A stretch of 64,000 nucleotides of DNA from the NCBI GenBank assembly GCA_963737905.1, contig CAVTUQ010000002.1:544001-608000 (forward strand), given 5' to 3'. The translations under genes were made by a program, and so were the position numbers. Each line of letters opens with the position of its first letter. Position 1 is the stretch's first letter. The notes beneath the pieces were generated by a model. It made no database searches. It was not told where the DNA came from and worked only from the letters and a program-made list of their open reading frames with translations. Below are positions 31,299 through 40,646 of the stretch, piece after piece. The stretch is from an uncultured delta proteobacterium (GTDB lineage: Bacteria; Desulfobacterota; Binatia; UBA9968).

Positions 31299-32759
31299 AT
31301 GGACAATCAAGCAGTAGAGATACACGATGGGCTGAAGCATCCGGTGATCGACGGCGACGGCCATTGGATGGAGCCGATTCCAATCTTTCTCGAATATCTC
31401 AGCGAAGTGGGTGGCGCGAAATTAGTCGATCAAATCAAAGCACTGTGGCGCGGAAGAGACGCATGGTACCGCGCCACTCCAGAGGAGCGTCAGCACAGCC
31501 GCCTGCGTCGCGCCATCTGGTGGGGGGTGACGAGCAATACCTACGACAAGGCGACAGCGTTGCTACCGGCCTTGCTGAACGAGCGGTTGCCTGAATTGGG
31601 CATCGACTTCGCGGTGATCTATCCGAGCTTTGGGCTTACCATCAACGGCATATCCCAGGATGACCTGCACCTGGCTGCATGCCGCGCTTACAACATGATG
31701 ACCGCCGACATGTTTGCGCCGTACAGCGCAAGGTTTGCGCCGGTGGCTATTATTCCCACCCATACACCGGACGAAGCTCTCGAAGAGCTGGAATACGCGG
31801 TCAGGCAGCGTGGTTTCAAAGCGATCATGCTGCGGGGAAATCAGGAGAGGCCGATCCCCAGCGCGGCGGAGGGCATCGATCGGCAGAAGGCCGCCTGGTA
31901 CTGCGATACCATCGCTCTCGATAGTCCCTACGACTATGAGGCGCTCTGGAAGCGGTGCGCCGAACTCGGGGTGGCCGTAACGCAACATTCAGGCAGCGGC
32001 CGCTGGCACGATCGCGCCTCCATCACTAACTTCACTTACAACCACGTCGGCCACTTCGCCGAGTCGAACCACGCCTTTGCGCGGGGCGTTTTTCTGGGCG
32101 GACTTGTGCGCCGCTATCCGAATCTCAATTTTGGCTTCATGGAAGGCGGGGTAAGCTGGGCCGTTCAGATGTGCCTCGACTTGATCGAACACTGGGAGAA
32201 GCGTCGCCGGGCGGGGCTGCAGTACCCGAGCGCAACCAATGTCGCCGAGATGAAAGAACTTATCGACCGCTATGGCGATCAGAGATTGAAGGCCAACGCC
32301 GATTCGATCATGAACCACTTGGATGTATTCCGACCAAATTGCAGTCTCGAAGAGCTCAGCCGGCCGGAACATGTTGTGGACGACTTCGAGGCGGCAGGAA
32401 TAAACTCGAAACAGGATGTCCACGACGTCTTCTCCAACAACTTCTACTTTGGCTGCGAGGCGGACGATCGGGCGACGATGTGGGCCTTCGATCCCCGCAT
32501 GGGCGTCCGGCTTCGGCCGGTATTCAGCTCCGACTTCACGCATTTCGACGTGCCCGATTTCAAAGAAGTGATTCCCGAAGCGTTTGAGTTGGTGGAGAAG
32601 GGCTTTATCACCGAGCAGGATTTCCGGGAGTTCACGTTCACCAACGCCGCCCGTCTGCACACGCGCAACAACCCGGACTTCTTCAAGGGCACCGTCGTCG
32701 AGCAAGCCGTGGCCGATGAGCTTGGACTGAAGAAGCCGTTGCCAGCAGCGAAAGCCTAA
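31299..32759 (+). CDS. Amidohydrolase family 2 protein (long form)
   Basis: IDGDGH, RAYN, TQHSG, FMEGG, FGCEADD, SSDFTHFD. Confidence 0.9.
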   Translation: MDNQAVEIHDGLKHPVIDGDGHWMEPIPIFLEYLSEVGGAKLVDQIKALWRGRDAWYRATPEERQHSRLRRAIWWGVTSNTYDKATALLPALLNERLPELGIDFAVIYPSFGLTINGISQDDLHLAACRAYNMMTADMFAPYSARFAPVAIIPTHTPDEALEELEYAVRQRGFKAIMLRGNQERPIPSAAEGIDRQKAAWYCDTIALDSPYDYEALWKRCAELGVAVTQHSGSGRWHDRASITNFTYNHVGHFAESNHAFARGVFLGGLVRRYPNLNFGFMEGGVSWAVQMCLDLIEHWEKRRRAGLQYPSATNVAEMKELIDRYGDQRLKANADSIMNHLDVFRPNCSLEELSRPEHVVDDFEAAGINSKQDVHDVFSNNFYFGCEADDRATMWAFDPRMGVRLRPVFSSDFTHFDVPDFKEVIPEAFELVEKGFITEQDFREFTFTNAARLHTRNNPDFFKGTVVEQAVADELGLKKPLPAAKA

Positions 32760-32814
32760 GCGGAGCTATTTGAATTTTCCGGTGGCGTCGGACTTTTCGG
32801 AATGGGAACAATGA

Positions 32815-32900
32815 TACCTCCCGCAAAGGCGCAAAGACGCGAAGTTCGGAGAAAACGAAATCTATTTTCTTTGCGTTCTTAGCGTCTTGGCGGGAGAAAA
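32815..32900. repeat. Nonamer-based palindromic intergenic repeat
   Basis: ctcccgcaaaggcgcaaagacgcgaag..ctttgcgttcttagcgtcttggcgggag; half copy cttggcggcctttgcgcctttgcg at ~9442-9465. Confidence 0.6.
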
Positions 32901-32994
32901 TTTTCTTGAACTCGTCCTGTCAAGCATCAGGCGGTAGAATCTAAGCGGACGCACCGCGCGCCTCACTGTGATCTCGGACCCCTCACCCCTCGTA

Positions 32995-34263
32995 TCAGTC
33001 TAACCATCCTGTTCGGCTTTCCTGCTGTCCAGTATCGGGCTGTACTTCGTTGATGCTCCTGTTCGCCGGTCTGATGTGTTGGCACGACCCGCGAGAAAGT
33101 TCTCCTCCGTTGGCAGGTAGCAGGTAGATGTTTTTTGTCGGGTCGCGAAACACGTTCATCGGATCCCGACCACTTTCTATGATCCCTACCTGTTCCTCCA
33201 ACAGGCGGCGGTACAGGATGATCCCCTTGTCCGAACGGCCCAGCGCTTCTGTGGAGCGGTCGGCGATCGGTCCCTGAGTCATCCATGCGGCGATGTCCTG
33301 ACCGCTGTTATTATCCAGGAACTGCCATTGAGGTTGCCCGTTATCAGCCAGTTGCGGCACAGGCACCTCATAAAAGGGGATCTCCTCAGCTTGCTGGCTT
33401 CGTTCGCTTCCGACCTTGCGATAGCAGCGATACCACCAGTGGGCAGTGTGCGTGTCGTCAATCGGAACTCGGATTTGAAATCCGGCGCCGTTTTTCTTGT
33501 CGACCACTCCCTGTCTCAACATGTTAGGGAAGACCACGGGGTGCCCTACTTTCCAGTCGTCATCCTCTTCCGTCTCGCCTTCCAGAATACGCCGCTTCAC
33601 GATCCCGTACTCGAATCGATCAAAGCCGATCTTCGCGTGCTTCTGGTGCGAACGCCGGAGATGTCCGTTTCCCATCCGCTCGACGACGTAATTGTAGAAG
33701 TTCTGATGGAGCCATTCCACGTGCACTGGGTCCAGCGAATTCTCCATGATCTGGAGCCAGTTGCAGGGAACGACTGCATAGCCCACGTCGCGCAGAACAT
33801 CTTCCATGACGTACAAATCCCAGCGCGGCAGCAGCGGTTCGGGCAGCGGACCGAGGTAAGCGAGCAGGAGACCGCCTAGCTCCTGGATAGGGTAGGACTG
33901 GATTTTTACTTTCTGCTTGAAGCGGCCGTCCGGATCTTCGGTATCGTCGTAAGGTTGCTCGATGCAGCGCCCTTGTTTGTCAAACCGCCAACCGTGATAC
34001 GCGCACCTTATCCCGTCCTCCTCCGGGATGCCGTACATCATGGACATCTTCCGATGCGGGCAGTGCGGCTCTACCAGCCCGTAACCTCCGGAGCGATCCT
34101 TGTAAAGCACCAGATCTTCTCCCAGGATTTTTACTTGGAACGTGTTCCGCTCTTTCATTTGGGAGACCGCAGCTACAGGATGCCAGTAGCGGCGAAACAG
34201 CTCCCCCATCGGTGTTCCCGGCCCTACTCGAGTCAACTGCTCGTTTTGTTTCTCGGTCAGCAT
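32995..34263 (-). CDS. Rieske non-heme iron oxygenase alpha subunit (phthalate 4,5-dioxygenase-like clade)
   Basis: LTRVGPGTPMGELFRRYWHP; Rieske CPHR..CAYHGW; NWLQIMENSLDPVHVEWLH; QD. C-terminal tail shifted by a 7-bp duplication. Confidence 0.9.
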   Translation of the reverse strand: MLTEKQNEQLTRVGPGTPMGELFRRYWHPVAAVSQMKERNTFQVKILGEDLVLYKDRSGGYGLVEPHCPHRKMSMMYGIPEEDGIRCAYHGWRFDKQGRCIEQPYDDTEDPDGRFKQKVKIQSYPIQELGGLLLAYLGPLPEPLLPRWDLYVMEDVLRDVGYAVVPCNWLQIMENSLDPVHVEWLHQNFYNYVVERMGNGHLRRSHQKHAKIGFDRFEYGIVKRRILEGETEEDDDWKVGHPVVFPNMLRQGVVDKKNGAGFQIRVPIDDTHTAHWWYRCYRKVGSERSQQAEEIPFYEVPVPQLADNGQPQWQFLDNNSGQDIAAWMTQGPIADRSTEALGRSDKGIILYRRLLEEQVGIIESGRDPMNVFRDPTKNIYLLPANGGELSRGSCQHIRPANRSINEVQPDTGQQESRTGWLD

Positions 34264-34290
34264 GGCTCCCTCGCTATATAACGAAATTCC

Positions 34291-34459
34291 TGGTTCAAGA
34301 CGTTCAATCGCTACGCTCCGTTCAAAGCGTTCAAGCCGTTGGGAAGAATCCGAAATCGATTTGAACGACTTGAACGTTTTGAACGCATTGAACCAGGGTC
34401 GAATATAGATCAGCAGGCCTGCCCGCAACAAGGGTATATCCGGCGTCCGCGCCGGGAGC
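34291..34459. repeat. Left copy of ~170-bp direct repeat (GTTCAA/TTGAAC-rich palindrome)
   Basis: Near-identical to 39187-39214 + 40647-40788. Confidence 0.9.
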
Positions 34460-34465
34460 TTCCGG

Positions 34466-34748
34466 CGATGTCGATGTCGAAGACCCGTTTGAGCAGCCTG
34501 GCCCAACTCAGGCGCGCCGGCGCGCCCTGGGCGTGATCGCATGCGGGCACGGTTGCTTGCTCTGGCGGACTGGGGACGATTTCACGACGCAGCTTTGCGT
34601 TCGGCGCGAGCACGCCATGGAAGCTGGATTAGATGTAAGCGCGGGCGGGGCACCAGGGCGGCCAGGCGCTGCATGAATTCCAGCGGCGACATGACGATAT
34701 GGGTGGTGCGGTCTTTGAACGCGCTCTTCAGTTGCAACACGACATCGC
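34466..34748 (-). pseudogene. IS91/ISCR-family (Y2) transposase C-terminal fragment 1
   Basis: DVVLQLKS..TTHIVMSPLEFMQRLAALVPRPRLHL / HGVLAPNAKLR..SWARLLKRVFDIDI; frameshifted and truncated. Confidence 0.85.
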
Positions 34749-34911
34749 GTAAAATTATAATTATAGTCCGGGCCATTGACTTAGCATTGACGTCGCTTTT
34801 CGGCCGGAGGGGAAATTTCCCGGCACAGTCTAGTTTATTTGGGTGATCAACCTCGGAGGGTAGAATACGAGCAGCCCTCTGCCCCTGCTCGTGCGTCAAG
34901 CGCCGAAGAAT

Positions 34912-35773
34912 TCAATGGACTGCGGCACGGTCAATCGTCTCTGCAAGTGCCTTACACACCGCCCCCCGACCATAGGCCAGCAAAAATGCTCCGAACTCTA
35001 TGCGGTCAAGTTCAAAGGCAGCCTTTGCGTGGAATACAATGCCTTGAGTTTCGTCGCTGTGCTGCCATTTAGGCTGGCAGCGGTTTATCAGCACATCGAT
35101 AGCGGATTCAAGACTGGCCGAGTGCTTCTCCTCGATTAGTGATAACTACCGATCGTTCCATTCCGAGAAGGTTAGAGAAGGAAATCGCCACGAAACCCGA
35201 AGATGGTTTCTCGGTCAGAAGTTTGAGGGCTCGCCGAATCTGTTTCGTCGCCTGATTGATACGCTTGTTTAAATTTCTGGGCGAAAGGAGTCTCTTGCAG
35301 GCCAACAAGACTGTAGTCTCGCCAATTTTGCAGCGAAGATCAGGTTCCGCCAACTCGACCTGCGCCCGGCCTCGCTGAAGTGCCGCGCCAAGCCACAGTT
35401 CAAACTGAATGTTCCTCGCTTGATTGGATGCTAGGTCTTCTTCTGATGGAAGCTCTGGCCCTGAGAGTATTGCGCTTAACCTGGGAGCAAGTTCCTCCTG
35501 CTGGCAGACGCCAAGAAACGGTAGCATCTCTCTGATTTCGCCACTTTCCCCTAGGGCCACCAAGTAACGCGGGAGATCAGCTTTTAGCTTCGTGTAGATT
35601 GGCGATTTGTCTTCGCCCATTCTTAGGCGATCTATCTCCGCGCTGAGTTGGCTTATAAGCGAGCGGTACACGCCAAACCGACCACCTTCCGCCTTTGCAA
35701 GCAACCCGAACCTTCGACAAAATTCAAAGAACTCGTCGAGACTGAAAAGAATGTCGCCATACGCGGTCATCAT
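34912..35773 (-). pseudogene. Hypothetical cargo protein with PD-(D/E)xK-like core, frameshifted near 35119
   Basis: ARNIQFELWLGA..EPDL..ACKR. Removing one base joins it to the ORF 34912-35094 frame (ASLESAIDVLINR..). Confidence 0.5.
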
Positions 35774-35909
35774 TAGCCTTTTGGGGACGCGCCGGACTCT
35801 ACACCTAACGCGCCCGGCGTGTAAATTATAATTATCAAGCGCCGGTAGTCCGGTCATGCGTTCTTTTCTAGGGCGTTGGTTGCGCAAAGCCAAAAAAAAT
35901 CTTGCATTT

Positions 35910-36201
35910 TAATTGTGCGAGCGCGGCGGGGCGCGGGTGGGTAGGCCGAGATGGCTGAGGATTTTGACAATCACCGGCGGATCTTCGATGGCGGCTTATC
36001 AGGCGATGATCTTCAAGCTGCCGCCGCAGTTCGGGCAGTGTTCGATGTCGATGTCGAAGACCCGTTTGAGCAGCCTGGCCCAACTCAGGCGCGCCGGCGC
36101 GCCCTGCGTGTGATCGCATGCGGGCGCGGTTGCTTGCTCTGGCGGACTGGGGACGATTTCACGACGCAGCTTTGCGTTCGGCGCGAGCACGCCATGGAAG
36201 C
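35910..36201 (-). pseudogene. IS91/ISCR-family transposase C-terminal fragment 2
   Basis: FHGVLAPNAKLR..VFDIDIEHCPNCGGSLKIIA(stop stop)AAIEDPPVIVKILSHLGLPTRAPP; 36043-36201 repeats 34466-34624. Confidence 0.85.
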
Positions 36202-36229
36202 AGGTGAGGAAAATACAATTCAATTAGAG

Positions 36230-36287
36230 GCTTAACGCAAAGCTCAGCCGTCGCTCTGGCGATCGGTCGGAAGCGGGATTGTTAGGC
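36230..36287 (-). other. Integron attC-like site (58 bp)
   Basis: Minus strand GCCTAAC (contains the ORF stop) .. imperfect hairpin .. cggctgagctttgc GTTAAGC, matching RYYYAAC/GTTRRRY. Confidence 0.72.
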
Positions 36288-37208
36288 AGAGATTTTCTTA
36301 CCGCAAGAAGGACATATGACTTCAGTTTCACCTCGAAATCGCCGGGATTCTGGTAATAAGAGTTCCTCGTCGCACGCTTCACAAAAAAAGGATTCCATGC
36401 TTTCAAAGCATGCTTCGCATCGCATGTCGACAATACAACTTGCCCCACAATTTTCGCATTGGGGAAGGTACTTGCCTGGGAACTCTTCCGCAAGAAACGC
36501 TTCGACGAACCGATAGTAATCGTCAAATTTTTTGTAGCTGATTGCCTCGACTACATGAGTTTGAATCGATGGATCGGCTTGCAGGATATCCTCCACAGAT
36601 TCTCCCCTTCTGCGGTGGGCAACTCTGGACAGCCCCAATATAGACATTGCCGCAAGCGACAAATCCAGATCTTCCGGCGCTATGCCATGCATAATGCGAT
36701 TTCGGGAGTCGTTTAATCCCCTTAAGAGATCAAGCAACCGTATCTCCGCACCTGTTAGACGGGTTCGATATTTTGGTGTGAGAAGTTCATCAATTGCCGG
36801 TACCAAGCTAGGCCACCAATCTTGTTGCCCCCGCTTAAATATTGCGTTCGTAGGGTCAAACTCCTTTAACAGCATACCGCAAAACGTTTCTGCCGCATGG
36901 TGGACACTTAATACAATCCATTTTGTGTGATGAAATTTCTCACCCTCTCCTAACGAAAGCTCGAGGAAATGCTCCAAAGCATGAAAGATTGAGTCGCGTG
37001 CGTTTTTCCACAGGTCCTCAGTTATTGAGACTACGGTAGCAGGCATTGACTTAAACCTTGGGTTCCAGCTAAGTCGCAGCTTATCCGCGGCGGCACGGGG
37101 GCCTTCATGACCCCCCATGTTTGATTTGGATGATCTTCGCAAACCCAGCCCTTTAAGCGGGGGCATTTTGTAGCCTTTTTTGGGTCTGTGTTTTCTCACT
37201 TTTGCCAT
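36282..37208 (-). CDS. HEPN-like (RxxxxH) protein with C-terminal CxxC zinc ribbons
   Basis: RNRIMH motif; CENC, CEAC, CEAC, CPSC. Alternative start at 37046. Confidence 0.62.
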   Translation of the reverse strand: MAKVRKHRPKKGYKMPPLKGLGLRRSSKSNMGGHEGPRAAADKLRLSWNPRFKSMPATVVSITEDLWKNARDSIFHALEHFLELSLGEGEKFHHTKWIVLSVHHAAETFCGMLLKEFDPTNAIFKRGQQDWWPSLVPAIDELLTPKYRTRLTGAEIRLLDLLRGLNDSRNRIMHGIAPEDLDLSLAAMSILGLSRVAHRRRGESVEDILQADPSIQTHVVEAISYKKFDDYYRFVEAFLAEEFPGKYLPQCENCGASCIVDMRCEACFESMESFFCEACDEELLLPESRRFRGETEVICPSCGKKISA

Positions 37209-37327
37209 GCATTGAGTTTAGCAAATAGGGTGTGTTACCTCTATGCCCTAAACTCCCACGGCTGCTTGAGCCTGCCATACTCTTGAAGCAACCGTTCCAG
37301 TTCATCCTTGACTTTCATGTCGTGTGT

Positions 37328-37614
37328 CTAATGGAATTTACGAGCAAGTGCATCCATTCGTACTTCGAGCAGCACGCGGACTGAATCTCGTATGCCAGGG
37401 AAAGTCGCGCGAATTAGCTCCTGTTGATCTTCTAGGTCAAACTCGCCATCGCCGCCTCTACAAAGCGCCATCCGAAACTGTAGAACCAACCACTTCGGCC
37501 AAATGTATGGTTCCAGCAAATCCGCGCGTCACTAACTTCCGGCGTGTTGATGTTTCTTTTCTTCCACTCCAGTGTTGCGCCTTCGAGAATGGCGAGGGCT
37601 TGTAAGGCGGTCAT
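37328..37614 (-). pseudogene. Small hypothetical protein split by a 1-nt deletion (~37524)
   Basis: MTALQALAILEG..TPEVSDA joins DLLEPYIWPKWLV.. after a frame change; ATGA-coupled to the upstream ORF. Confidence 0.5.
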
Positions 37615-37805
37615 AGAACCCGCAACGCTCCTTCTTTCATCTGCTCGACCTGCGCTGTGGATTTATCAAACCGTGATTGAAAATCCGCCCCTCCGTGTTC
37701 CCATGCCATTTTGATGGCGGCTCGCATATTGTCCGCCAGGACGATAAACTTTGACGGTCGGCGGTCGTCATGGGTGCGAAAGCTTACGATGTAGACCTTG
37801 GCCAC
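37611..37805 (-). CDS. Small hypothetical protein
   Basis: GTG-AKVYIVSFRT..; ATGA overlap with the next ORF. Confidence 0.5.
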   Translation of the reverse strand: MAKVYIVSFRTHDDRRPSKFIVLADNMRAAIKMAWEHGGADFQSRFDKSTAQVEQMKEGALRVL

Positions 37806-37950
37806 AGCGGGCGCGAAGATAGCGAGAAAACCAGGGGAGAGCACGAGGGTGGGGCTTCGACTGACCCTTGGACAGTCAACGTTTTGTTTTGGCCTCTATT
37901 CTAAACGGGACCATGAACACTTGAAATGCCTAAAAGGGGGTAACAAAGAA

Positions 37951-38337
37951 GTGAGGAGATCGGCTTTCGTGTTGCTCTCCTTGATATCTGCATGCATTAA
38001 TCTTCCGCCAAGCAGGAGCGATACCTATTCGATCGTGATGGCACCACTGAGAAGATTCGAATCTGAGACACCAGTCAATTGTGAATCGAACGATTTGTGG
38101 TATTCGTGGGAGCTATCGAAAGCATTTATGAAACTGGATAATTCACTCGATCACGCACGGTTCACAGCCAGCATGAACTTCGAAATTGCCGACTCGGCGT
38201 TGAAACATGGATGTCTAGACTTCGCCGATAAAGCCTACCGGGAAATCATCGTGATCTACATTGGCACCGCTTACGCTGCATACCGTGACAGAGCTCGCAT
38301 TGGCATTGATGATGTTCGCGCTGCCAGAACCAAATAA
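37951..38337 (+). CDS. Putative lipoprotein
   Basis: MRRSAFVLLSLISAC lipobox-like signal; helical body. Confidence 0.5.
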   Translation: MRRSAFVLLSLISACINLPPSRSDTYSIVMAPLRRFESETPVNCESNDLWYSWELSKAFMKLDNSLDHARFTASMNFEIADSALKHGCLDFADKAYREIIVIYIGTAYAAYRDRARIGIDDVRAARTK

Positions 38338-39418
38338 AAAATCCGCGCGCGCTCATTGTCTCTCAACAGGAACTTGTTAGTCCAAGAAAGAAAGACTAAA
38401 CAAGAAAGACTGGGATAAGCCCACCGTAGCAAATTCACGCTCATGATCCGGCGCTCGTGGTCTACAGTAGGACTTCGCGGAACTACGAGAATGCTTGCGT
38501 CGTGAGAGGAGCTTACGGGTATTTGTCTTTTTCAGATAGGCGGCATTGTCGAGCAAAAATAAGACTTCCCGTTTCTTGTTTCCTGACGGTTTCTTCGTGG
38601 TGATCGTGTCTGCGATCAAAAAGTTGTTCTCTGTAACTCCATTTGCCCGTAGAATGTGTAAAACTCTCGCCACTGGAAAAAATCACCGCAGCTCTCGACT
38701 TTGTCAAAATGGTTCCGAGTTTACCATTTAACCAGTCATGAGACTCGATACTGTCGTCGATTGTGATTTCGAAGATCATGAAAAAGTCCAGTGTTTAAGA
38801 TTCATTTCCGTTGAGAGCATAGCTCCATTTGTTGTGTCATGATCAAGCTGTATAGGAATTTTAAACCACCTTTTTTCTGGCCCGAGCAATATCGCCGGAC
38901 CGGTGGGATGTCAATCGTCTTTTTGTTTGATGAAAATCCCGATGTTGCTTCGGCCCGGCTCGGGCGGCGCAGCGGTCGGAGGCGCGCGAAGTGTTGCGGA
39001 TCACGCCGCTCGCTCGAACTCAGAGCGAGCGGCGCCGTCGGCTCGCGTTGGCAACCGGTTTTCGACTCCTCAGATTATCTGGTTTCTTCGACGCCGCCGC
39101 TCGTAGTGGACTGGGTTGCCAATCGGCGTGCGCTGGAGCGCTGGGCCCATGACCTGCGCTTCGTCACTTCTTGCTTAGGACGTCGATGGTTCAAGACGTT
39201 CAATCGCTACGCTCTGGAGTGAACCCCATTCACTGGACAGTTGGGCGGGCAAAGTTAGAATGCCGCAGCGGTAATTTTTGGCTCAATCGTTTCCTACGGC
39301 TCTTGAGCCGTTTTCCTGCTCTAACTGGTTTTGGATCGTATCTCGGGGAAAAAACGGCCTCCATATTTGCCCTATAACGCACGATCTCGCACCAGCTAGA
39401 CATCCCAGTACCCTTGCT

Positions 39419-40222
39419 TCAGCCCACCGAAGCCAACTCTGCCTGCTCAAACTCCTCTGGAGTGACGTACCCCAGAGCCGAATGCAATCGCTTTTGATTG
39501 TAGACCTCCTGGAGAAAGTAGGGGACTCTGCGCTTGACATCCTCTAGGCTCTGATAATCCCACAGATAGACCTCCTCATATTTTAAGGTCTTCATAAAGC
39601 TCTCTGCGGCTGCGTTATCATAAGGATTGCCCTTGCGCGCCATACTGATACGCATCCCCGCCGCTTGTAACTCCTCCACGTAGGCATGACAAGCATACTG
39701 CACCCCGCGATCCGAATGATGGATACAACCCTCAACCGTCCCTCTTTCCTCCAGCGCCATCCTCAGTCCAGCCAATGCGAGCTCGGCATCGATCTGCTCA
39801 GAGAGCGCCCAGCCAATCACCTTTCGGGAAAACAAATCCAAAATCACCGCCAAATACAAAAAGCCCGTGAGAATTCGAATATAGGTGATATCGGCTACCC
39901 AGACTTGATTTCGCTGCCTTACCTCGAGCCCCTTGAGCAGATTGGGATAGATCCGATAACCGTGATCACTGTCAGTGGTCTTAACCCACCGCCGCTTGAT
40001 CTGACACTGTAGCGATTGCTCGCGCATCACCCGCGCCACCCGCTTGTGGTTGACCTCCCACCCCTCTCGCCTAAGCTGATACGTCACCCGACGGTACCCG
40101 TACCGAGCAAACTCCACCACAATCTGTTCGATCCGATCTCTAAGATCCGCTTCCTCCTTCCTACCTTCCATCGATACCTGCCCACAGCGATAGTAATACG
40201 TGCTGCGCGCTAGCCCCATCAC
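39419..40222 (-). CDS. IS3 OrfB (DDE integrase core)
   Basis: YGYRR, NHKRV, WVADITY, HHSDRGVQY, DNAAAESF, RLHSALGY. Confidence 0.95.
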   Translation of the reverse strand: MMGLARSTYYYRCGQVSMEGRKEEADLRDRIEQIVVEFARYGYRRVTYQLRREGWEVNHKRVARVMREQSLQCQIKRRWVKTTDSDHGYRIYPNLLKGLEVRQRNQVWVADITYIRILTGFLYLAVILDLFSRKVIGWALSEQIDAELALAGLRMALEERGTVEGCIHHSDRGVQYACHAYVEELQAAGMRISMARKGNPYDNAAAESFMKTLKYEEVYLWDYQSLEDVKRRVPYFLQEVYNQKRLHSALGYVTPEEFEQAELASVG

Positions 40223-40566
40223 TTCGCACCCCCTCTGGAGGTTGCCAAAGTCTTGGCGGTGATCGGTGATGAAAACTCTTTTCTCCGCCGGGCGGTGTAC
40301 TCCACGGCCTTTTTTAAAAGCTCATTCTCCATCGTCAGCCTCCCCACCATCCGCTCCAACTCCGCAATGCGCGCCAAAGACCGCTTCTCATTCCGCCCCG
40401 GCCCTTCCACTAATCCTCCTCCCTCGTAGCGCTTCTTCCAGTACAGGATAAGTCCCGAGCTAACATCGTGCCGACGACTGAGTTGCGCTAAACTACAAAC
40501 TCCGCTCAGCAACTCCCCAATGACTTGCTGCTTGAATGCCGCTGAAAACCTTCTCCGCTCTCTCAT
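40219..40566 (-). CDS. IS3 OrfA (HTH), fused to OrfB by -1 frameshift
   Basis: RRRFSAAFKQQ..ENELLKKA; slippery A_AAA_AAG at 40309-40315 with an open -1 frame into OrfB. Confidence 0.92.
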   Translation of the reverse strand: MRERRRFSAAFKQQVIGELLSGVCSLAQLSRRHDVSSGLILYWKKRYEGGGLVEGPGRNEKRSLARIAELERMVGRLTMENELLKKAVEYTARRRKEFSSPITAKTLATSRGGAK

Positions 40567-40646
40567 CAACGACCCCTTTCTTTCTTCCGCTCGGCATTCT
40601 AAACTCTCCTCCAAAATCTGTCCAAGCCCCGGGGGTCACTCCACTC

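Larger units (their letters stand above)
39215..40643 (-). mobile_element. Complete IS3-family element (1429 bp), 3-bp TSD CTC
   Basis: IRs TGGAGTGAACCCC / GGGGGTCACTCCA; CTC at 39212-14 and 40644-46. The empty site is visible in the left repeat copy (34291-34459). Confidence 0.95.

Noticed and set aside
34291-34400. Repeated GTTCAA/TTGAAC units as a possible CRISPR array
   Set aside because: Units are ~9 bp with no unique spacers, arranged as a palindrome; no cas genes.
34264-34542. 93-aa N-terminal extension of the Rieske ORF in the track
   Set aside because: It reads through the repeat and the IS91 remnant; the true start with GAGGGAG RBS is 34263.
38377-38820. Overlapping short minus-strand ORFs in low-GC DNA
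   Set aside because: No recognisable motif or consistent frame; possibly a decayed gene, but it cannot be supported.
39004-39034. Perfect 12-bp hairpin
   Set aside because: No U-tract and no gene context; function cannot be assigned.
39254-39325. GTTAGA..TCTAAC hairpin inside IS3 as an attC
   Set aside because: The boxes are in the reverse order for attC; more likely IS-internal structure.
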